NCBI GenBank assembly: GCA_038087875.1
Contig: CM075990.1
Location: 4,156,001-4,220,000, forward strand
Source: Malacoraja senta
Taxonomy: Eukaryota
DNA length: 64,000 nt
Reading direction: 5' to 3'
Part shown: in pieces, positions 48,182 through 60,780 of the stretch
Numbering within the stretch: position 1 is the first letter of the stretch
Layout of the letters: each line of letters begins with the position of its first letter
The notes under the pieces: generated by a model
Databases searched by the model: none
What the model saw: the letters and a program-made list of their open reading frames with translations, nothing else
What the model was told of the DNA's origin: nothing
Made by a program: the position numbers and the translations under genes

Positions 48182-50729
48182 TTAGTGATCTTCCATTCTC
48201 CAACTGTAAGCATTACCTTTCTTTCCCCCCCTCACAGTTCCATGGTATGGTACAATTCCGAGCTCTTTAGTTTAGTTTTGTTTCAAGATACAGCGTGGAA
48301 ACAGGCCCTTCGGCCCACCGATTCCGTGCCGACCAGCGATCCCCGCACTCTAACGCTTTCCTACACATTAGGGACAATGTACATTTTTACCAAGCCAGTT
48401 AACCTACCGACCTGTACGTCTTTGGAGGAAACCGGAGCACCCGGAGAAAACCCCCGCAGGTCACGGGGAGAACGTACAAACTCCGTACAGACAGCACCCA
48501 TAGTCAGGATTGAACCCGGGTCTCTGGCGCTGTGAGGCAGCAACTCCAGCGCTGCACCGCCGGGCCACCCCATATAACCACTCCTATAACCTCAATAATA
48601 GGCATCGATTCCTTGCCTGTCAATTAAGAACCAACATGAGTTTATGTGTCGGAAGGAACTGCAGATGCTGGTTTAAACCGGAGGTGGATACGAAATGTTG
48701 GAGTAACTCAGCGGGTCAGCCAGCATCTCTGGAGAGAAAGAATGCGTGACGTTTCGGGTCGAGACCCTTCTTCAGACTGCGTTCCATTGTATCATTTGCT
48801 TATCACCATCTAAGGTTGTGTTAGTGTGCTTGCATTCCCTGTAAGCAGTACTGTAAGCAGTACCCTTATTTCTCGCTACGGTACAATTCCTAGCTGTTTG
48901 ATTTCCCAATCCATACAACCCCAGTAACATGAGTGGGTGGGAAATGAGAGAAGTACGGAGGTTGTACCTTCTCCCAGTGACCGCGTGGGTTTTCTCCGGG
49001 TGCTCCGGTTTCTTCCCATGTTCCAAAGACGTGCGAGAACTAAATCCTGGAGCGCCGCGCGATACTGCATACTACCACGCCACCGCATACGATTCCACTC
49101 CTCACCATGCCCAACGCATACGCACCCCACGCGTCACAACGCGTCAACCTAATTACAATCAGTCTGAAGAATTGTCCGGCCCGAAACATCACCCAACCAT
49201 GTTCTCCAAAAACGCTGCCTGAACCGCTGAGTTACTCCAGCACTTTATAGACAATAGACAATAGGTGCTTGAGTCGGCCATTCGGCCCTTTGAGCCAGCA
49301 CCGCCATTCAATGTGATCATGACTGATCATCCCCAATCAGTACCCTGTTCCTGCCTTCTCTCCGCTACCTTTAAGAGCCCTATCTAGCCCTCTCTTGAAA
49401 GTATCCAGAGAACCTGCCTCCACCGCCCTCTGAGATGGAGAATTCCACAGACTCACAACTCTCTGTCTTTTTCTTTTAGCTTGTGTATTAATTGGAGTAA
49501 GATCAAAGGATCTGGGAAATCTATGGGTCTGCAATGACCAAAAGCCCAGATTGTTTTATTCTGGGGCGGTTTCACCGATCTTCCATCCCTGGTTCAAATA
49601 ACATCTTTCATGTAGAAATAAAGCCTTGTCCTTTGAATGCAGTGAAATGCTCGAATAGTTTAATATTGCGTGCTGTTTAATGGCATCAACAGCAGTGATT
49701 GTAGCCAGGATGAAACATAATTAACTTTACAGCAAATGGCTTCAGTAGAGAGTTTATTATCATAGGGTTGCAAGCTATTAATCGTGTTTCGGGTCGAGAC
49801 CCTTCTTCAGACTGATGGAGTGGGGGGGGGGGGGTAGAGGGTGGTGAAAGCAGGGAAAGAGATGACATGGCAGATGTAGGAAGGAACTGCAGGTGCTGGT
49901 TTACACCGAAGATAGATACAAAATGCTGGAGGAACTCAGTGGGTCAGGCAGCATCTCTGGAGAGAAGGAATGTTTCAAGTCAAGATGCTTCTTCAGACTG
50001 AGAAGGGTCTCGACCCAGATCGTCACCCATTCCTTCTCTCCAGAGATGCTGCCTGTCCCGCTGAGTTACTCCAGCATTTTATGTCCATCTTAAGTGATAG
50101 GTGGATACAGGCAAGGGTGAGGGTGATTGGCAGAGGGGTGGAGTCAGTGACAAAATCTAGAGGTGTAAATTTCATAAGTTCGTAATTCATAGCAGCAGAA
50201 CTTTTTAGTCTGAAGAAGGGTCCCAACCCGAAATATCATCTATCTGTTCTCCAGAGATGCTGGTGACTTACTCCAGCTTGTCTATCTTTGGTATAAACCA
50301 GAATCTGCAGCTTTTGTTTCCACATTAAGTTGTGATAACTGATAACTGATTTACCCAGGCACTGCCAATTTAATAAGCTGTTAGATGTGTGTGGCAGAGA
50401 ATTCCGCAGACTCACAACTCTCTGTGAGAAAAAGTCTTTCCTCGAACGGAGACGAGGAAACACTTTTTCTCACAGAGAGTTGTGAGTCTGTGGAATTCTC
50501 TGCCTCAGAGGGCGGTGGAGGCCGGTTCTCTGGATACTTTCAAGAGAGAGCTAGATAGGGCTCTTAAAGATAGCAGAGTCAGGGGATATGGGGAGAAGGC
50601 AGGAACGGGGTATTGATTGGGGGTGATCAGCCATGATCACATTGAATGGCGGTGCTGGCTCGAAGGGCCGAATGGCCTACTGCACCTATTGTCTATTATC
50701 TATTGTGTGTGACTTAAATTAGGAGTGGA

Positions 50730-51125
50730 TTCAAGGATCAAAAGTGTTTAATTGTCAAATGGACTGATAATGTCATTCTTGCAGCAGCATAACAGATACA
50801 AATAAATAGTATATGGTAAACAAAAATTAATCAAACTAAAAATCCCAATACTTGTGCAAAACACTCAACGTCCTTCGAGCAACCAAAGACAGTCCATAGT
50901 TCCTAGTTGAACATAGTGTTGTGCAGTGTTCAACAGTCTCTTGGTTGTTTGGAAGAAGCTGTTCTTGAACTTGATGGTCATGGTTTTCAGACTCCTGTAG
51001 CTTCTTCCCGATGCCAGGAGCGAAATGAGAGCGTGTCCACGATGGGGTGGGTCTCTGATGAAGCTGGCTGCCTTTTTGAGGCAACACCTCTTATAGATCC
51101 CTTCCAAGGTGGGGAGGTTGGTACA
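50730..51125 (-). mobile_element. Rex1/Babar LINE 3' fragment
   Basis: IY..RC.KKA.S.I.DP.H.GHAL.SLL.SGR.YRS.....FKNSFF motif. Confidence 0.8.
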
Positions 51126-51768
51126 TATGCTAGTACTGACTCAAGACTTTAGAAATACAGAGTGGAAATAATTCCTTCAGCCTACAGAGTCCGCACCGAC
51201 CAACGATCACCCCACACATTAACACTATCCTACACGCCAGGGACAATTTACAATTTTACCAAAGCCAATTAACGTGCAACCCTGCACGTCTTTGGAGTGT
51301 GCGAGGAAACTGGAGCACCCGGAGGAAACCGGAACACCCGGAGAAAACCTACGCGGTCACGGGAAGAACGTACAAACACCGTAGAGACAGCACCCGTAGT
51401 CAGGATCGAATCTGGGTCTCTGGTGCTGTGAGGCAGCAACTCTACTGTTGCACAATTGTGCTGCCCATAGATGTTTGATGATGATGGCTGCCCTTTTTAG
51501 GGAACGCCTCATAGATGCCTTCGATGGTGGTGAGGCCGGTACCTATGTTAGTACTGACCTCCCCACAATTCCATTCAAATTGTTCAGCTCTCAGTTTTAC
51601 TGTACGAACCGACTTGTAAAGTTGTGACCTTGAAGGGAATGGTATGGACAGTGTGATGGAAGTACGTCAATGATCATGCCGACAACAAGGCTGGGAGTCC
51701 TGGTCAGGTTCCCAAACAAAGTTATCACCTCAGTGGGGTGCGAGCTTGTGGCCAGTTGCAGTGAGAAC

Positions 51769-52168
51769 CAAAGATCCTACAGCGGAGCAAGATAGACCAC
51801 TCCTGCTAAATGCAATGGGCTGACGTGTAGTATGCAACGGAGCGGAACGTGGGCCTTTTTTTCATCCATTTCCATAACCGGACCCGACCTGACCCGACTT
51901 GCAGTGTAGTCAACGTTGCAGGGAAACAGTTTGTGTTAATGAATTAAAATTCTGAAAATGAGGAGAAGATTTTTACCATATAACTTTTATTTTTACGAGG
52001 ATGTTTCCGTAACCGGCTTCCGTCTCCACACTATTATCCTATGGGATCTTCGGTGCGGAGACGGAAGCCGGTTACGGAAATGGGGCCGAAAATTACCCAT
52101 GAATCTGCCCATGACCGTACTACGTCTTTTTCGTCGAGTGGACTATCTTGTTCGCTATAGGACCTTTG
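51769..52168. mobile_element. MITE with 8-bp TSD (P or hAT superfamily)
   Basis: ~33-bp imperfect TIRs CAAAG(A/G)TCCTA...CAAGATAG..CACTC. TSD GTGAGAAC at 51761-51768 and 52169-52176. Confidence 0.85.
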
Positions 52169-53117
52169 GTGAGAACCATGTACCATGATTGTTCCTTCAA
52201 GTGTTCTGGCTGTTAGAAGCAGCGACAGCCTGCAAAACCAAACACAAGCCCAGCTTGCCAGGACAATAGACAATAGGTGCAAGAGTAGGCCATTCGGCCC
52301 TTCGGGCCATTCAATATGATCATGGCTGATCATCCCCAATCAGTACCACGTTCCTGCCTTCTCCCCATATCCCCAGACTCCACTATCTTTAAGAGCCATA
52401 TCTAGCTCTCTCTTGAAAGCATCCGGAGAATTGGCCTCCACTGTCTTCTGAGGCAGTGCCAACAACATCACCTCTTCACTGGGAACTAACGTGTCCGATC
52501 AGAGATTACAGTGACTCCAGCACATTACTGAAGTCACTGCAGATAGACTAGAACCAGCTTTGTGTTCCATCTACGCCACAGGAGCAGCGGTGGGAAGTAC
52601 CAGGATGCAAGGTCAAGGTACAGATGTACTGTCAGTCAGTAGTTCATGTGATAGGAGCAGAATTAGGCCATTCGGCCCATCAAGTCCACTCTACCATTCA
52701 ATCACGGCTGATCTATCTCTCCCTCCTAACCCCACTCTATCGCCTTCTCCCCATAACCCCTGACACCCGTACTAATCAAGAATCTATCTATCTCTGCCTT
52801 AAAAATATCCATTGACGGCCACCACAACCTTCCGTGGCAATGAATTCCACAGATTCACCACCTTCACAGGAGGTCTTTCCTCATAACAAGTTGTGCATCT
52901 TCTTCTGTAGATTAGATTCCCTCGGTAGGATTTTGTCATTATCTTGCATTTGAGTGATGCAACTGTTAGTCGCCACGTACCAGCCCTTGCCTGAATGCAC
53001 CATGCAAGCATGGACAGCATCATCTCCTGAGAACATCTTGACTCACCAGGGGGAAAAATATAAAAGGGATGCGAGCTTCAAAGCAGATTTTATTTTAAAA
53101 TACCAATTCAACTTGTA

Positions 53118-53420
53118 CGCAGCGGTAGAGTTGCTGCCTTACAGCGCTTGCAGCGCCGGAGACCCGGGTTCGATCCTGACTACGGGTGCTGTCTGTACAG
53201 AGTTTGTACGTTCTCCCCGTGACCGTGTGGGTTTTCCCTGGGTGCTCCAGTTTCCTCCCACATTCCAAAGTGTGCAGGTTTGTAGGGTTAATTGGCTTGG
53301 AAGAAATGTAAATTGTTTCTCGTGCGTGTAGGATAGTGTTAGTGTGCAGGGATCACTGGTCAGCACGGACTAGGTGGGCCGAAGGGCCTGTTTCTGCGCT
53401 GTATCCCTAAACTAAACTAA
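53118..53420 (+). mobile_element. HE1-like V-SINE
   Basis: Near full-length copy. It interrupts a sequence whose paralogue at ~58045 lacks it. Confidence 0.85.
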
Positions 53421-53530
53421 ACTTGGCAAGGAGTGAAGACAAACTTTAGCATTAAAAGTACAAACCAGGCTACCAAGCTTGTTGGCCGGTGTGGGCAAGT
53501 TGGTACGAAGGGCCTGTTTCCCTGCTCTAT

Positions 53531-54120
53531 CAAGTCAAGTCAAGTCACTTTTATTTCTATAGCACATTTAAAAAACAACTCTCGTTGACCAAAGTGCTTT
53601 ACATTGGTGGAGGTACTAACGTTATACAACAATGGTTCATAGATTAAGTACAGACATAAATACATACATATAGCGCTCCCTCAGAGGACGTCAAGAAAGG
53701 CTTGAGAGTAAAGATGAGTTTTAAGTCTCAACTTAAAGGAGTCGATGGAGGGGGCAGTTCTGATGGGAAGAGGGATGCTGTTCCACAGTCTAGGAGCTGC
53801 AACCGCAAAGGCGCGGTCGCCCCTGAGCTTACGCCTAGACCGCGGGATGTTCAGTAACCCCAAGTCGGCCGATCTGAGGGACCTGGAGGTGGTGTGGTGG
53901 GTTAGCAGATTTTTGATGTAGGTGGGGGCAAGCCCGTTAAGGGCTTTGTAAACATAAAGAAGGATCTTGAAATTTAATCTGAACTGCACAGGGAGCCAGT
54001 GGAGAGAGGCCAGAATTGGGGTGATGTGGTCCCTTTTTCGGGTGCCCGTCAGGAGTCTCGCTGCGGCGTTTTGGACCAGTTGCAGGCGGGACAGGGAAGA
54101 TTGGCTGATGCCAGTGTAGA
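53531..54120 (-). mobile_element. L2-clade LINE 3' fragment
   Basis: FRLNFKILL.VYKALNGLAP.Y...RSLRS...RAFAVAAPRLWNS.P..IR...FK..LKTHL, with a (TTGAC)n tail. Confidence 0.9.
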
Positions 54121-56280
54121 GGCTCTATCACTCCATGTCTCTATCTGGTGGGGATTGAAAGGGTTAATTCCTTCCCCTTGCTGCTTGGACAACTGCCCCT
54201 CCTCCATGGCCATCCGTCAATGCTCACAGGCTATGCATGGTCTCCCAATCAGCCTGTCAACAAGTTTGTCTTGCCCACTACAGCGCGGATGCCAGTGCTA
54301 GTTTTAAACCCAGTGTCTTCATGTACAAAGTATGGATCATTACAGCAGGCAAAGAATCCTTCCAAGCTGGTTATATTTTCCATTCAGTTTGTCCACAGTT
54401 TCTCATTTCTATTTCTACACCCCTCTCACTAAATGAAAATGTTCCACTACGCCTCACAACGGGTGATGTACGTTTGAAATGTGTTCACTGTTGTAATGCA
54501 GGAATCATTCTGACATCTATCGTGCTGACATTCAGATAATTCTAATTAATACCAAGGCATAGAGGGACAAGCGCTTGTCCATCTACAACGGCTTATAGGT
54601 CCATTATTTATTCCCTGCCATTCAGTCAGTCGGGATCTATACCAATGAATCCGTGCTGAATGACTGAAGAAGGGTCTCGACCCGAAACGTCACCCATTCC
54701 TTCTCTCCAGGGATGCTGCCTGCCCCGCTGAGTTACTCCAGCTTTTTGTGTCTATCTTTGGTTTAAACCACCATCTGCAGTTCCTTCCTACACTAACTAA
54801 TTACCACATGTGCTTACAAACAACTCTGACCCATTTACAAGTTCAGCTATTTCAATACCACAGTTCGGGCGGCACGGTGGCGCAGTGGTACACTTGCTGC
54901 CTTACAGTGCCAGAGCCCCGAGTTTGATCCTGACTATGGGTGCTCTCTGTATGGAGTTTGTACGTTCTCCCCCGGTGACCATGTGGGTTTTCCCCGGGTG
55001 CTCCGGTTTCCACATTCCAAAGACATAAAGGTTTGTAGGTTAATTGGCCTCGGTAAAAGATTGTAAATTGATCCTAGTGTGTAGGAGAGTGCTTGTGTAT
55101 GGAGGTCGCTCGTCAGCACGGATTCATTGCCAATATGATCAGCCATGATCATATTGAATGGCGGTGCAGGCTCAAAGGGCCGAATGGCCTACTCCTGTAC
55201 CTATTTTCTATGTATCTATGTAAACATCACCCCTTCCTTCTCTCCAGAGATGCTGCCTGTCCCTCTGAGTTACCCCAGCTTTTTGTGTCTATCTGAGGTA
55301 ATTAGTGGCTGGTCTTACATGGAAGGTTAGCACTTGCTCTGAAGCATCCTGTGAATGCTAGAATGTATCGAATGGAGCCTGCGTTCGCTTTACAACAGTG
55401 ACGTACAGAATGCCTCACGATATGTTCTGACAAGGATTTCAAGAGCACCAAACCGTGAAGCCTGTCGAGGCCAGAAGGGAAAAGCTCTTTGAAAGGAGCA
55501 GGTGGGGGGAGCTGAGAACTCCAATCTGAGGGGAGACACAGAAACCGGGACATCGAGGGGCCGACAGCCTTTGACTTACAAACATACACTTAACAGGAAG
55601 CAGCAGATGAGACAGCCTTAGTTATCAACAAGACTATGAGAGGCAGGGAGTCATAGAATCGCACAGCAGCGATACAGGCCCTTCAGCCCGACTCCATATG
55701 CTGACCAAGACATCAAAACAAAGAATTACAGATAGCATCTGCCTCAACTACCTCCTCCAGCAGATCCTTCCATATACCTACCACCCTTTGTGAAAAAAGT
55801 TGACCCTCAGGTTCCTATAATACCTTTCCCCCCTCAGCTTAAACCTATTTCTTCTGGTTCTTGATTCCCCTACTCTGGGTAAATGTCTGTGCATTTACCC
55901 TTCTATTCATCTTATGATCTTATTCACCTTTATAAAATCATCCCTCATCCTCCTGCGCTCCATGGAATAAAGCACCAACCTGCCTAACCTCTCCCTATAG
56001 CTCCGGCCCTCGAGTCCTGGCAACATCATCGTAAATCTTCTCTGCATCCTTGACAGCTTAACAACACCTTTCCTATAACAGGGTGACCAAAACCGAACAC
56101 GATTCTCGTACGTGGCCTCAGCAATGTCATGTACAACTGTAACATGAACTCCCAACTTACATTAAAATAGATAATTCCAAAATAAGCTTGAACGCAAAGC
56201 AATGGCTCAATATTATTGGATTGAACTAAAATAAGATTGTGTAAAAGCAAAAGGCATAATGTTGCCAATTGTGGTATTAA

Positions 56281-56800
56281 AGGGGCTGTCCTACTTGGGT
56301 GACCTAATTGGCGAGTTTAGAAGAGTTTGAAAAAAAGACATGCTAAAGACCTCCTTCAACTATGTTGAAGACCAGCTACGACTAGCTATGACTAACTTCG
56401 GGAAAATTGGACACCGAATAGTGGAGAGTGAAGACGACTTCCTTCGATCTCCTTCGACCTCCCTTCGACTATGTTGAAGACTATCTACGACTACCTTCGA
56501 CTACCTTTGACTACCTTTGACTACCCTCGATTACCTACGACTAACATGCCGACCTACTACGACTAAACCTACGTGTAAAAAAAGTATTGATTTTTTCCAT
56601 GGCGACCTTTTTTTACTCGCGGGCATTTGTTAACATATTGAAAAAAACGCCGTGACCTAGCTGAGGCCTCGAGTACGAGGAGACCACTCTCGAGCATGAA
56701 GGAGAGTTACGAAGACCTCGTGTCGACCATGCTGCGAGTATGAGTCGAGGGCAAACTCGCCAGAACTCACGGATTAGGTCGCCCAAGTGGGACAGGCCCT
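56281..56800. mobile_element. PIF/Harbinger-like MITE with internal (CGACTA)-type microrepeats
   Basis: TIRs AGGG(G/C)CTGTCC(T/C)ACTTGGG(T/C)GACCTAAT. TAA/TTA flanks. Confidence 0.78.
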
Positions 56801-59447
56801 TTAGTATTTTGTTTTGGGAAATCAGTTGGATTGTACTATTCATTTTGGACATACTGTTTGTGAGCACGTTGTTAGATGGGCCATATTATGTCGAACGATC
56901 TCCCTCTCTACCCCCCTCCCTCTCTAGGGATTGAAGAGGGAGGGTGAAGAGAAGGTGGAGGGAGTGCTGGGGGATGAGGAGAACTGAGCCATGATGGCGC
57001 AGTTGGGGGCTATGCGTGAGTGGTGGAATCTTGCATTGGGGGATTGGGTGAGTGGTGGAACCTTGCATTGGGGGACAGACCCAACGGGTCTGCACTTGGT
57101 CTAGTTAACTATTAACAGCCTGTGCATTCCTAAATATGCACAGGCTGAATTTTAAACTGTTTTTTTATTGTGTGCTTTAACTCGATTTCCCCAGCTGGCA
57201 ATCTGCAAATAGGAAATCAACATTAAGAGGCTTCAGGATAAACCCAAGAAACTATGAAGATTGGACCAAATGATCAAAACTATCTATCATTGAATATCAT
57301 GCTTCATTCTGCAGAGCCTATTGCTCTGGACAGACACTGTGGTCAAAAGAATACAGGCATCAGAAGGGACAGTGTGTGTGCAGAAGTCAAGACCCATGCG
57401 GACAACCCTCTGAAGCCTGTCTTCATTAGTGATAAGAGCAGAATTAGGCCATTCGGCCCATCAAGTCAACTCTGCCATTCAATCATGGTTGGTCTATCTT
57501 TCCCTCATTCTCCTGCCTTCTCCCCGTAACCTCTGACACCCGTACTAATCAGATTCAGGGACAGTTTCATCCCAGCTGTTATCAGACAACTGAATCATCC
57601 TACCACTACCCAGAGAGCAGTGCTAAACTACCATTTACCTCTTTGGTGACCCTCGGACTATCCTTGATCAGACTTTGCTGGCTTTACCTTGCACTAAATG
57701 TTATTCCCTTATCATTTATCTATACATTGTGAATGGCTCGATTTTACTCATGAATTGTCTTTCCGCTAACTGGTTCGCATGCAACAAAAGCTTTTCACTG
57801 TACCTCAGGTGAGGTCTTTCCTCGTAACAAGTTGTGCATCTTCTTCTGCAGTGGATTAGATTCTCTCTGTAAGATTTTGTCATTATCTTGCATTTGTGTG
57901 ATGCAGCTGTTAGTCGCCACATACCAGCCCTTGCCTGAATGCACCATGCAAGCATGGACAGCATCATCCTCTTGACACACCTAGGGTAGAAATATAAAAT
58001 GGATGCCAACTTCAAAACAGATTTTATTTTTAAATTGCAATTCAACGTGGCAAGGAGTGAAGACAGACCTTAGCATTAAAAGTAAACCACAATCGCGAGG
58101 TTACTTCGCTTGGATATTATATTTTGTGGGAGCTTAAATCCAACTTTGCAGATTGCTGCCTTACAGTGCCAGAGACCCGGGTTCGATCCTGACTACAGAC
58201 GATCCGGTCTGTACCGAGTTTGTACGTCCTCCCTGTGACCTCGTGGGTTTTCTCCGGGTGCTTCGGTTTCATCCCACACTCCAAAGACGTGCAGGTTTGT
58301 GAGTTAATTGCCTTCTGCAAATTGCAAAATGTACAGGTGATCAGTGGTTGACATGGACTTATTGGGCCAAAGGGCCTGTTTCAATGCTGTATCTCTACAG
58401 TCTGAAGTAAAGTTTAGTTTAGTTTATTGTCACGTGTACCAAGGTACAGTGAAAAGCTTCTGTTGCTTGCTATCCAGTCAGCGGAAACACTATACATGAT
58501 TACAATCGAGCCGTTCACTGTGTACAGATACAAGATAAAGGAAATAATGTTTAGCGCAAGATGAAGTCCAGTAAAGTCTGATTCTAAACAATTGCAACAG
58601 AACTCTTGCAAACGCAATTGCGTTTAAAAGTTCATAAGTTATAGGAGCAGAAGAAGATAATTCGGCCCATCAAGTCAACGCCGCTATTCGATCATGACTG
58701 ATCTATCTTTCCCTCTCAACCCCATTCTCCAGCCTTCTCCATAATCCTTGACACCCTTACCAATCAAGGTCTCGACCTGGAACGTCACCTACTCCTTTTC
58801 TCCAGAGATGCTGCCTGACCCGCTGAGTTACTCCAGCATTTTGTGTCTATTACCATTGAAGTATCTGTTAAATTCCCCCTTAAAAATACCCAATGACTTG
58901 ACCCTCACAGCTGTCTGTGGCAACGAATTCCATAGATTGTCCACCCTCCAAAGAAATTCCTCCTCGTCTCCTTTCTAATGGTACGTCCTTTCATTCTGAG
59001 GCTATGCCCTCTGGTCCTAGTCTCTCCCACTAGTGGAAACATCCTCTCCACATCCATGTACAGTTGGTGATCTCAGCTTATGAAAAGAGGCAGCGCAGTG
59101 GCACAGCGGTAGAGTTGCTGCCTCACAGCGCCAGGGACCCCGGTTCCATCCTGACCTAAGGTTCTGTCCGTGTGAAGTTTGCACGTTCTCCCCGTGACTG
59201 CGTGGATTTCCTCCGGGTGCTCCGGTTTCCTCCCACATTCCTAAGACGTGTGTGTTTGTAGGTTAATCGGCTGCTGTAAATGGCCCCTGGTGTGTGTAGG
59301 ATAGAACGACTCTACGGGTTATCGTTGGTCGGTGTGGTCTTGATGGGCTTGTTTCCACACTGTGTCTGGGGATATGGGGAGAAGGCAGGAGAATGGGGTT
59401 CGGAAGGAGAGATAGATCAGCTATGATTGAATGGCAGAGTAGACTCG

Positions 59448-59586
59448 ATGGGCCGAATGGTCTAATTCTACTCCTATCACGTATGATCTCTAACCTAAAC
59501 TAAGCTCAACACGCATGGGCCGAATGGTCTAATTCTACTCCTATCACGTATGATCTCTAACCTAAAACTAAGCTCAACACGCATGG
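59448..59586. repeat. ~67-bp direct tandem duplication
   Basis: ATGGGCCGAATGGTCTAATTCTACTCC...AAGCTCAACACGC occurs twice. Confidence 0.9.
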
Positions 59587-59669
59587 ATACTTGGGCTTAT
59601 GGAATCTGACTCCATTTCAGAAGACCTTAACTCAAGCGTTGTACAAATTACAGCAGGAATGTTATTCAG

Positions 59670-59990
59670 TTGTTCTTGGTTCTTGGTTTCTTGGTCCTCC
59701 AAAATATTCCAAATGGAATTTAAACTGGAGGTGGTGGAGGGAGGACTTAAGCCAGAAAGGGTTTTTGGGAAGAAAGAGCTACCTTAAATTTAGTTGCATC
59801 TGGTTGGGTAACTATGGTAGGGTGAAGATTAGTCCATGCTTTAATTGTGCGGGGGAAGAATGAATTGCTGTACACATCTGTCTTGGTAGCTGGAATCTCA
59901 AATTGGATCGAATGTCCTCGTCTGCTCCTAATTGGTTTGGGTTTGGTGTAGGTCTTGTAATCTATGTCGAGCTGACCATTTAACATTTGG
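59670..59990 (-). mobile_element. CR1-group LINE 3' fragment of a different lineage
   Basis: RSRRGHS..F......TDVYSNSFFPRTIKAW..L motif, with an (AAGAACC)n tail. Confidence 0.7.
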
Positions 59991-60710
59991 TCTTACATAA
60001 TGTTGTGCTCTTACATACTTTGAGAAGGCAGAGGTAGCAGCAATACCTGGGCAAAGCTTGGCTCTGTCTGTGGGAAGGTCCTCCTTGCTTCACCCACCTC
60101 AAGCTGCCGGCTGTCTTTGCCCATCAGCTGACGTCAGGCACGGAGCTGCGAGCTGATAAATGCGCTTACTGCTAGTCGGCTGCTTCAGCAGACGGAGGCG
60201 AGCAACGGGGACGGGGTATGGAAAACAGTCTCTTCTCCCCCCCCCCCCCCCCCCCTTCCCACGCATGCCTTTTTCTCGTCTGTCTTTGCACCGTTGCTTT
60301 TCCAGCCCGGCGATGCGTTTGCATGCAGCGGTTTTGTAGGTTTTTCCCCCATAAAGGTTAAGGATTGATCTGCTTGGGTAGTTTGCAATGGAGATGGGAC
60401 ATACTGCGGGGGTTAGAGTGGGTGGGGGTTAATGCAAGGTTTGCTGGTTCAAAGACAGACAGAGGAAGAAGGGGAAGGGAAGGGAAGAGGGAGGGGGAAG
60501 AAAAAAACAAACCGGCTTTGAAATTAGTTTTTGTAAAAGTCCTGGACTTTTGGTCGATTATTACACCTGTCGTTTGAGCGTTTGCCTGTAGGTTTTAGTT
60601 TCAGCTGCTGCAATTGTAGTGACATTTACAATTACAGCCTCGCTTGTTCGGGGGCTTTAAACAAAATATATATATAATTTCTGCAATTGTAAATGTCACT
60701 TACCCCACCC

Positions 60711-60780
60711 CCCCTTCCCCTTCCCCTTCCAATTCCCCTTCCCCTTCCCCTTCCCCTTCCCCTTCCCCTTCCAATTCCCC
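60711..60780. repeat. (CCCCTT)n microsatellite
   Basis: Directly visible. Confidence 0.9.
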
